NCBI GenBank assembly: GCA_014905635.1
Contig: JABVCE010000031.1
Coordinates: forward strand, 124,001 to 188,000
Reading direction: 5' to 3'
From: Scenedesmus sp. PABB004
Lineage: Eukaryota
DNA length: 64,000 nt
Position 1 is the first letter of the stretch. Each line of letters begins with the position of its first letter. Under the pieces are notes generated by a model. That model did no database searches. It had not been told where the DNA came from and saw only the letters and a program-made list of their open reading frames with translations. Positions 38,201-47,800 of this stretch are shown piece after piece. The position numbers and the translations under genes are program-made.

Positions 38201-41200
38201 CGCGCTCGCTGCCAGCCAGGTGCGGCGCGCTGCGGTCTGTGCGGCGCACGCGCTGGGCGAGCCCTGCCGCCATGCGGCCCCAGCCTGGCGCCCGCGTCTG
38301 CTCGCTCATGCGCCTGCTGCGTGCGCCCTGCAGGCCGCCGACGCGGCGCGCGCCGCCGAGGAGGTCGCCGCGCTGAAGGCGCGCGTCGCGGCGGCGGAGG
38401 GCAAGACCGAGGAGGCCGAGGCGCAGAGCGCCGCGCTCGCTGCCAGCCAGGTGCGGCGCGCTGCGGTCTGTGCGGCGCACGCGCTGGGCGAGCCCTGCCG
38501 CCATGCGGCCCCAGCCTGGCGCCCGCGTCTGCTCGCTCACGCGCCTGCTGCGTGCGCCCTGCAGGCCGCCGACGCGGCGCGCGCCGCCGAGGAGGTCGCC
38601 GCGCTGAAGGCGCGCGTCGCGGCGGCGGAGGGCAAGACCGAGGAGGCCGAGGCGCAGAGCGCCGCGCTCGCTGCCAGCCAGGTGCGGCGCGCTGCGGTCT
38701 GTGCGGCGCACGCGCTGGGCAAGCCCTGCCGCCATGCGGCCCCAGCCTGGCGCCCGCGTCTGCTCGCTCACGCGCCTGCTGCGTGCGCCCTGCAGGCCGC
38801 CGACGCGGCGCGCGCCGCCGAGGAGGTCGCCGCGCTGAAGGCGCGCGTCGCGGCGGCGGAGGGCAAGACCGAGGAGGCCGAGGCGCAGAGCGCCGCGCTC
38901 ACCACCAGCCAGGTGCGGCGCGCTGCGGTCTGTGCGGCGCACGCGCTGGGCAAGCCCTGCCGCGGTGCAGCCGCAGCTTTCGGCGCCCGCGTCTGCTCGC
39001 TCACGCGCCTGCTGCGTGCGCCCTGCAGGCCGCCGACGCGGCGCGCGCCGCCGAGGAGGTCGCCGCGCTGAAGGCGCGCGTCGCGGCGGCGGAGGGCAAG
39101 ACCGAGGAGGCCGAGGCGCAGAGCGCCGCGCTCACCACCAGCCAGGTGCGGCGCGCTGCGGTCTGTGCGGCGCACGCGCTGGGCAAGCCCTGCCGCGGTG
39201 CAGCCGCAGCTTTCGGCGCCCGCGTCTGCTCGCTCACGCGCCTGCTGCGTGCGCCCTGCAGGCCGCCGACGCGGCGCGCGCCGCCGAGGAGGTCGCCGCG
39301 CTGAAGGCGCGCGTCGCGGCGGCGGAGGGCAAGACCGAGGAGGCCGAGGCGCAGAGCGCCGCGCTCGCTGCCAGCCAGGTGCGGCGCGCTGCGGTCTGTG
39401 CGGCGCACGCGCTGGGCGAGCCCTGCCGCCATGCGGCCCCAGCCTGGCGCCCGCGTCTGCTCGCTCACGCGCCTGCTGCGTGCGCCCTGCAGGCCGCCGA
39501 CGCGGCGCGCGCCGCCGAGGAGGTCGCCGCGCTGAAGGCGCGCGTCGCGGCGGCGGAGGGCAAGACCGAGGAGGCCGAGGCGCAGAGCGCCGCGCTCACC
39601 ACCAGCCAGGTGCGGCGCGCTGCGGTCTGTGCGGCGCACGCGCTGGGCGAGCCCTGCCGCCATGCGGCCCCAGCCTGGCGCCCGCGTCTGCTCGCTCACG
39701 CGCCTGCTGCGTGCGCCCTGCAGGCCGCCGACGCGGCGCGCGCCGCCGAGGAGGTCGCCGCGCTGAAGGCGCGCGTCGCGGCGGCGGAGGGCAAGACCGA
39801 GGAGGCCGAGGCGCAGAGCGCCGCGCTCACCACCAGCCAGGTGCGGCGCGCTGCGGTCTGTGCGGCGCACGCGCTGGGCGAGCCCTGCCGCCATGCGGCC
39901 CCAGCCTGGCGCCCGCGTCTGCTCGCTCACGCGCCTGCTGCGTGCGCCCTGCAGGCCGCCGACGCGGCGCGCGCCGCCGAGGAGGTCGCCGCGCTGAAGG
40001 CGCGCGTCGCGGCGGCGGAGGGCAAGACCGAGGAGGCCGAGGCGCAGAGCGCCGCGCTCGCTGCCAGCCAGGTGCGGCGCGCTGCGGTCTGTGCGGCGCA
40101 CGCGCTGGGCAAGCCCTGCCGCCATGCGGCCCCAGCCTGGCGCCCGCGTCTGCTCGCTCACGCGCCTGCTGCGTGCGCCCTGCAGGCCGCCGACGCGGCG
40201 CGCGCCGCCGAGGAGGTCGCCGCGCTGAAGGCGCGCGTCGCGGCGGCGGAGGGCAAGACCGAGGAGGCCGAGGCGCAGAGCGCCGCGCTCACCACCAGCC
40301 AGGTGCGGCGCGCTGCGGTCTGTGCGGCGCACGCGCTGGGCAAGCCCTGCCGCCATGCGGCCCCAGCCTGGCGCCCGCGTCTGCTCGCTCACGCGCCTGC
40401 TGCGTGCGCCCTGCAGGCCGCCGACGCGGCGCGCGCCGCCGAGGAGGTCGCCGCGCTGAAGGCGCGCGTCGCGGCGGCGGAGGGCAAGACCGAGGAGGCC
40501 GAGGCGCAGAGCGCCGCGCTCACCACCAGCCAGGTGCGGCGCGCTGCGGTCTGTGCGGCGCACGCGCTGGGCAAGCCCTGCCGCGGTGCAGCCGCAGCTT
40601 TCGGCGCCCGCGTCTGCTCGCTCACGCGCCTGCTGCGTGCGCCCTGCAGGCCGCCGACGCGGCGCGCGCCGCCGAGGAGGTCGCCGCGCTGAAGGCGCGC
40701 GTCGCGGCGGCGGAGGGCAAGACCGAGGAGGCCGAGGCGCAGAGCGCCGCGCTCACCACCAGCCAGGTGCGGCGCGCTGCGGTCTGTGCGGCGCACGCGC
40801 TGGGCAAGCCCTGCCGCGGTGCAGCCGCAGCTTTCGGCGCCCGCGTCTGCTCGCTCACGCGCCTGCTGCGTGCGCCCTGCAGGCCGCCGACGCGGCGCGC
40901 GCCGCCGAGGAGGTCGCCGCGCTGAAGGCGCGCGTCGCGGCGGCGGAGGGCAAGACCGAGGAGGCCGAGGCGCAGAGCGCCGCGCTCACCACCAGCCAGG
41001 TGCGGCGCGCTGCGGTCTGTGCGGCGCACGCGCTGGGCAAGCCCTGCCGCGGTGCAGCCGCAGCTTTCGGCGCCCGCGTCTGCTCGCTCACGCGCCTGCT
41101 GCGTGCGCCCTGCAGGCCGCCGACGCGGCGCGCGCCGCCGAGGAGGTCGCCGCGCTGAAGGCGCGCGTCGCGGCGGCGGAGGGCAAGACCGAGGAGGCCG

Positions 41201-43172
41201 AGGCGCAGAGCGCCGCGCTCACCACCAGCCAGGTGCGGCGCGCTGCGGTCTGTGCGGCGCACGCGCTGGGCAAGCCCTGCCGCCGTGCAGCCCCAGCCTG
41301 GCGCCCGCGTCTGCTCGCTCACGCGCCTGCTGCGTGCGCCCTGCAGGCCGCCGACGCGGCGCGCGCCGCCGAGGAGGTCGCCGCGCTGAAGGCGCGCGTC
41401 GCGGCGGCGGAGGGCAAGACCGAGGAGGCCGAGGCGCAGAGCGCCGCGCTCGCTGCCAGCCAGGTGCGGCGCGCTGCGGTCTGTGCGGCGCACGCGCTGG
41501 GCGAGCCCTGCCGCCATGCGGCCCCAGCCTGGCGCCCGCGTCTGCTCGCTCATGCGACTGCTGCGTGCGCCCTGCAGGCCGCCGACGCGGCGCGCGCCGC
41601 CGAGGAGGTCGCCGCGCTGAAGGCGCGCGTCGCGGCGGCGGAGGGCAAGACCGAGGAGGCCGAGGCGCAGAGCGCCGCGCTCACCACCAGCCAGGTGCGG
41701 CGCGCTGCGGTCTGTGCGGCGCACGCGCTGGGCGAGCCCTGCCGCCATGCGGCCCCAGCCTGGCGCCCGCGTCTGCTCGCTCACGCGCCTGCTGCGTGCG
41801 CCCTGCAGGCCGCCGACGCGGCGCGCGCCGCCGAGGAGGTCGCCGCGCTGAAGGCGCGCGTCGCGGCGGCGGAGGGCAAGACCGAGGAGGCCGAGGCGCA
41901 GAGCGCCGCGCTCGCTGCCAGCCAGGTGCGGCGCGCTGCGGTCTGTGCGGCGCACGCGCTGGGCGAGCCCTGCCGCCATGCGGCCCCAGCCTGGCGCCCG
42001 CGTCTGCTCGCTCATGCGCCTGCTGCGTGCGCCCTGCAGGCCGCCGACGCGGCGCGCGCCGCCGAGGAGGTCGCCGCGCTGAAGGCGCGCGTCGCGGCGG
42101 CGGAGGGCAAGACCGAGGAGGCCGAGGCGCAGAGCGCCGCGCTCGCCACCAGCCAGGTGCGGCGCGCTGCGGTCTGTGCGGCGCACGCGCTGGGCGAGCC
42201 CTGCCGCCATGCGGCCCCAGCCTGGCGCCCGCGTCTGCTCGCTCACGCGCCTGCTGCGTGCGCCCTGCAGGCCGCCGACGCGGCGCGCGCCGCCGAGGAG
42301 GTCGCCGCGCTGAAGGCGCGCGTCGCGGCGGCGGAGGGCAAGACCGAGGAGGCCGAGGCGCAGAGCGCCGCGCTCGCCACCAGCCAGGTGCGGCGCGCTG
42401 CGGTCTGTGCGGCGCACGCGCTGGGCGAGCCCTGCCGCCATGCGGCCCCAGCCTGGCGCCCGTGTCTGCTCGCTCATGCGACCGCTGCCGTGCGCCCTGC
42501 AGGCCGCCGACGCGGCGCGCGCCGCCGAGCAGGCGGCCGCGCTCAAGGCGCACAAGGTCGCGCTGGCGCGGGCCAAGGCCAAGGCGGCGAACGCCGAGGC
42601 GCAGAACGTGGCGCTGGCCGCCGAGGTCGCCGAGCTGCGCGCCGAGGCGGAGCGCCAGCGGCCCTTCCGCGAGGCCTGCGCGCACACGCAGCGCGACCTG
42701 TGGGTGAGTTCGCGCGCCGCTGGGCTGCACGTGCGGGCGCCGACATGCCAGCACAGCGCTGACCCTGCCCCGCGCCGTGCCCCGCCCCCCATCCACGCAG
42801 TCCAAGTGCGCGGAGTTCGAGGATATGGAGGCGCAGGTGGCCGACCTGCAGGCCAAGCTGGCCGCGGCCGAGGCCAAGCTGACCGCGGCCGTCGCCAAGC
42901 CGGCCGAGGCGTGCGGCAGCCAGGGCAGCCTCGGGCGCGTGCAGACGCTGCCGAAGGGCTGCAGCGCGGCCTGCGACGGCGACCGCGGCAGCGGCGAGGC
43001 GCGGCCGGCCACGCCGCGCACGCCCAGCCGCCAGGTGTCGGGCACCGGCGGGCGCTTTGAGGGGCAGGCGCTGCAGCAGGCGCTGGCTGCGGAGCAGCAG
43101 CAGTGGCAGGCGGGCAGGCGCCGCGGCGGCGGCCGCCGCGCGAGCCGCCTGAGCGGCGGGAGCGGCTGGTAG
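29283..43172 (+). CDS. Repeat-exon coiled-coil protein, copy 2 (~59 exons, predicted ~2,390 aa)
   Basis: ATG at 29283; exon 30072-30341; 52 x 117-nt exons; exons 42503-42703 and 42801-43172 (TAG). The measured exon lengths are multiples of 3 and the boundaries are GT-AG. Confidence 0.8.
30238..42502 (+). repeat. Tandem exon-intron array, 52 full units (35 x 231 bp + 17 x 233 bp) plus a partial first exon
   Basis: Exon ends at 30341 and 42387 are 12,046 bp apart = 52x231 + 17x2. The 17 long introns (gcagctttcggcgcc) were counted directly. Confidence 0.95.
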
Positions 43173-43214
43173 GACGGCAGCTGTTGTGTGTCAGCTGGGG
43201 GCTGAGGTATAGCC

Positions 43215-43292
43215 GTGTCTGATCAGACACATTGATGATAAAGTGATGGGAGCTAGACCTCATGAGTTCTAGCTCCCATCACTTTATCATCA
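43215..43292. repeat. Two adjacent palindromes (16 bp perfect; 60 bp with one mismatched pair)
   Basis: gtgtctgatcagacac at 43215-43230 and tgatgataaagtgatgggagctagacctca/tgagttctagctcccatcactttatcatca at 43233-43292. Confidence 0.95.
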
Positions 43293-44255
43293 TTCCATGC
43301 TTTCGCCGTCATCACTTTCCTCCTCCGCAGTTTTGGTGCCCATCACGTCTAGACATCCCTCATCATCATTACATAATGTCATGGCAGCCGCAGTCCCATC
43401 ACGTCCTTGCCCTGTCCTGAGCCCATCGCGTCCTCGTTTGTGTGTGTCCTAACCACCCCCGTCGGGTGCCATGCTGCGCACTTCATCAGTTCATTACCAT
43501 CCTTCTGCTGCCATTCCACCTCCTCGCTTTCGAAATTTCCATCCATCCCGTCCTGCCACCCCATCAACCTCATCTCTTAGAGCTCCCTCTGGCCACCGCG
43601 GGGAATAAGCGCAGCTGCGGCCGTCGCTCAGCGGCGAGCTCACTGCGCACGTGCTGTGCTGGAACACGCGCACGCAGGGATGGTGCGTGCTGCCGTGCGT
43701 GCTGCCGGGCGCGCGGTGTGTCTGGTGTTTGAGTGTGGCGGCGTGTGGGGCTTGGTCGGCTGGCCGCCGGCTGCCGCTGTGTGTGCGGGCCGCACCGAGG
43801 GCTTGCGGCCGCTGCTGCAATGACGCAGCGGCCAGGGAGAGGGAGGGAGGGGGGTCTCTGGTGCAGCAACGATGCGCAGGCCCCTGTGCGCGGGAGGGTG
43901 GGTGGCTTCGGAGCGCCGCCGTGCGTGCTGCCGGCCGCTGGCACGCGCAATAACTGGCGTCTGGGTGCGGCTGTGTGTGGCCCCCTGGCCAGCCGGTCGC
44001 CGCCGCTGTTGTTTGCGTGTGGGGCACTGGCTTCGCGTCTGCGCACGAGTAAGTTGGCCGCCTCCACCGCCTCCACCGCGCGCGTGCGCCGTCCCGCGCC
44101 GGACCCACGCGCCCGCGCTCCGCCGCCGCCGCCGCGGGCAGCGCCCTCACCTCGCCGCACCCCCAGCACAGGCAGGCAGGCACCCCTCCCGCCGACATCC
44201 CGACCCCCCCACCTGCAGTGCAGTCAGCCCCACCCGCCGCGCCCCCCCCCCTCTC

Positions 44256-44431
44256 AGCCAAAGATGGTGCCAAAGATGTCGGCCGCCGCGCCGCCCGTGG
44301 CCTTGCCGCCGCCGCCCGCAGCGCGCGGCGCGGGCGGCGCCATGTGCGCGCTGCGCCGGTTGCGCGGGCGTGCCGCGCCGGCCTGCCGCGCGCGCGCGCT
44401 GCTGACCTCGGCGCTCGCGTGGCGGTCCAGG
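44256..44431 (-). pseudogene. Orphan duplicate of the last exon of the first coiled-coil gene
   Basis: Encodes LDRHASAEVSSARARQ...AADIFGTIFG as at 3819-3996, but no upstream exons of that gene are present here. Confidence 0.7.
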
Positions 44432-44837
44432 CTGCAGGGGGACAGCCACACGTCATGGCAGGAAGATCAGAGATGCTCAACTCGCTGACGCAGCCCCCGC
44501 TGCCAGGCACGCGAGGTCCGGCCGCGCAGCCTGGGCCGCCGTTGCCGGCAGCGCGCGCGCCAGCCAGCGCCGCGGCGACAGACACCACCACGACACAGTG
44601 CGGCCAGCACGCACTGCGGGGCGGCACCTGCCGCTGCCTTTCGTCAAGCGCACGCGAGCGGTGCCCCGCCGCCGCTTTGAACCGCGCGCTGACAGCTGCG
44701 GGGCCGCGGCCTCACCTCCGCCCGCCCGCCGCCCTCAGACGCACACCCGCTCATCCGCGCCCACCGACGCATCGGCCGGCACGCTCGCCCATGCGGCGCT
44801 AGCGCACGGGCACACGCCGCCCCTCCCTCCGCTGCCG

Positions 44838-47800
44838 ATGGCGCCGCAGGAGTTTGTGCTGCCCAAGGCCGCCGGCCGGGCGGCCCTGGAGGAAGCGCAT
44901 CTGGACCTGGCGGACGCGGACGGTGCGGCCGGCGGCCGCGGCGGCCGCTGCGCGGCGCGCGCCGGCGGCAGCGGCGCTGACGACGGCGTCGCCTGCCGCG
45001 GCGGCGCGCGCAGAGCTGCTGGGCGAGCTGGCCGATCACGATGCGCTCTACATCACCGTGGATGGCGTGTATGAGCGCTGCGAGGCCCTCGCGCGGTGCG
45101 GGCGCGTGGCGAGCAAGCAGCAGCAGCAGCGTGCCACGGCGGCAGCGGTGCCCGCCCGCCCGCCCGCCCGAGTGCCGAACCAACCGCCCCGCCGCCGCCG
45201 CCGCCGCCGCGGCGCGACGCCAGCGGCTTCCTGCGCCTCGGCCCGCGCGCGCGCGCCCGCGCGGTCGACGCTCTCGCGGCCAACCTCGCCAGCCTCGCCG
45301 CGTCGGCGGGCCACCTGCTCGCAGCCTGCGAGGCCGCGCCGCCCGAGGCGGTGCTCGCGCACCGCAGCGCCGCGCGGATGACCGCGCACCTCCTCGCCGG
45401 CATCGCCGCCGCGGCGGAGCGCGACGCCGCGGCGGCACGGGGCGCAGAGAACGCGGCGGCGCGGCCCAGGGCAGCGGGTGCGGCGGCGGCGGGGCGGTGC
45501 CGCAGCGGGGGCGGCGCCGACCTGCCCCGACCTGCCCCGACCTCCCCGCGAGCGCCGCGCGCCCGCGCCGACCCGCCCCGCGCGCCGCGCGCCGCCGGCG
45601 CAGGCCGCGGCCGCAAGGCGGCCGCCGCGCCCGACGGCGACGCCTGGGACTGGCCGTCGGCGCGCGTGCGCGTGCTGCTGAGCGTCCGCGAGCTCATGGC
45701 GGCGGACCTCAAGGCCCTGTTCAAGGGCCTCGCCGCGGCGGAGGGGCTCGTCAACCTCTGCATGGAGCTGGTGCGCCGCCCGGCGTGGGCGCGGCCGCCG
45801 CTGCGGCGGGCCCCTCGACGGCGCGCCGCGGGGGGCGGCGGCGCGGCGCCGCGCGCTGGGCACGGACCGCGGCGCCCGCGCCGCTCGCCGCGCGCAGGCG
45901 CTCGCCGCGCTGGAGTGCACGGCCACGGCCAAGGCGGACGGCGCGTGGCCGGCCTGCCGCGACGTGCTCACGCGCGGCGCGACGGCCTACGGGCAGGCCG
46001 GCTTTGTCGCGGCCGCGCTGCTCGAGCGCGCGCGGAAGCACGAGCACCTGCCGCCGCTGGTGGCGGGCATCGCGGCGCACGCCGAGGCCGCGGCAAACAG
46101 CACACAGCTGGTGCGCGCGCGCGTGCGGGGGCCGGCGCCGCCACTGCAAGGGCGGCGCCGGCGCTCGGGGGCGGGGGCCGCACTGCGTGCGGGGGCCGGC
46201 GCTCGCTGCGCTGCCGCGACGCGCTGCGACGCGTGTCGTGCCGCGCCGCGCCGCCGCCCAGGCCGTGCAGATCCTGGGCGAGTTCTGCCGCGCGTCGCCG
46301 GCCGACTACGACGAGCAGTACGCCACCAACCCGGTGTCGGTGCGCCTGGCAGGTGCGGCGGCGGGGCGCCGGCGCCGACGCGGCGGCCGCCGCCGCTGCG
46401 GCCGACCGGCCGGCCGCGCGTGGCCGCAGGCGACGTCGTCGCGATGATGGCCGACCTGCAGCCGCGGGTCGTGTCCAACCAGTTCAGCCAGCTGCGACCC
46501 TACCTCGGCTGCGCCAAGGCCTACTGCCTGCGCGGCGCGCTGCTGGCGGCCGCGGGCAGCGTGCTCGCGCAGGTGAGCCCGCGCGGGGGCCGCGAGCGCG
46601 GCGCTGCGCGGCGCACCCGGCGGCGAGCGCCCGCCCGCCCGCCCGCGCGCGCGCGCGCGCGCCGCAGGTCCTGCACAGCAGCCACCTCAACGCCTCGCTG
46701 GGCGAGGGCGCCGCCGCGGCGCACCTGCGGAGCAAGGAGGCGCTGCTGGGCCTGCTCGCGGCGCGCGTGCTGGACAAGGTCCGGCGGGCGGCGCCGCCGC
46801 GCCCACGGCGGGCGGCCTGCGCCAGCGCTGCTGCGCCGCCGGCTGCGCGCGGACGCCCCACTCGCGCCGCTGCCGCGCGCGTGCGGGGCGCAGAACGCGT
46901 ACGTTCGGCAGAAGGCGCTGCAGACGTGGGCCATGCTGGTCAAGGAGGGCGGCGTGCCGCTCGCGCACTGGAACACGCTGCTCGGCCTGGGTGCGCCGCG
47001 GCCGCCCGCAGCCGCGCGTGCCCAAGTCGGCCGGCCCCCAGCGCCGCTGCGCGCCGCTCCGCCCGCCCTTGCCGACGGCCGCCCTCCCGCGCCTGCCCCG
47101 CGCTGCGCGCCGCGCAGCCATCGGGCGGCTGGAGGACGAGAGCCAGCTGGTGGTCAAGGCGGCGCTGCAGCTGCTCATGCGCATGGTCGCCGCGGGCACC
47201 TTTGCGCCGCCGCTGCGGCCGCAGACGTACCTCAACACGCTCGCGCGCGCGGAGGCAGACCTCGCTGCGCTCCTTCCCGCGCGCGGCGACGGCGAGGAGC
47301 GTGACGAGGACGAGCGCGACGGCGACAGCGACGGCGGCGGCGGGGGCGGCGGCGAGGAGCGCGGGGCGGGGCCGCGCTGGGAGGCGGGCGGCATCGAGGT
47401 GCGCCGGTGCGGCCGGCCGCCGCCGCGCTGGGCGCGCGTCGGCGCCCGCGGCAGCGGGCGACCCCCACGCCGCCGCGCGCCGCGCCGCGGCGCCGCAGAT
47501 CAAGGAGGAGGTCATGCCTGACGCAGACGGCGCCGACGGCGCCGACGGCGCCGACGGCGCCGCCGCGCCGCCCTCGCCGCGGCGCGAGGGCGCCGCCGCG
47601 GGCGACGCGGCGGTGCGGCGCGCGCGGCTGATGGTCGCGACGCTCAAGGAGGGCCTGGGCTTTTGCCGGCGCCTCGCGGGCGCGCTGCCGGCGCTGGGCG
47701 CGCTGCTCGCCAACCCCGCGGCGGGCGTGGTGCACGACGCCATCGCGTTCCTCACGCTCTGCGAGTGAGCGAGGGCGGCCCGCGCGGCGCGCGGCGCCCC

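Larger units (their letters stand above)
28822..44435. repeat. Right arm of the inverted segmental duplication, with the expanded array
   Basis: Reverse-complement match to 3815-9594. Confidence 0.95.

Noticed and set aside
30238..42502. CRISPR array or non-coding satellite
   Set aside because: No unique spacers and no cas genes; each unit has splice sites and a frame-preserving exon.
3815..44435. Giant transposon with long terminal inverted repeats
   Set aside because: No transposase or target-site duplication seen; the arms contain host gene parts and the interior holds ordinary genes.
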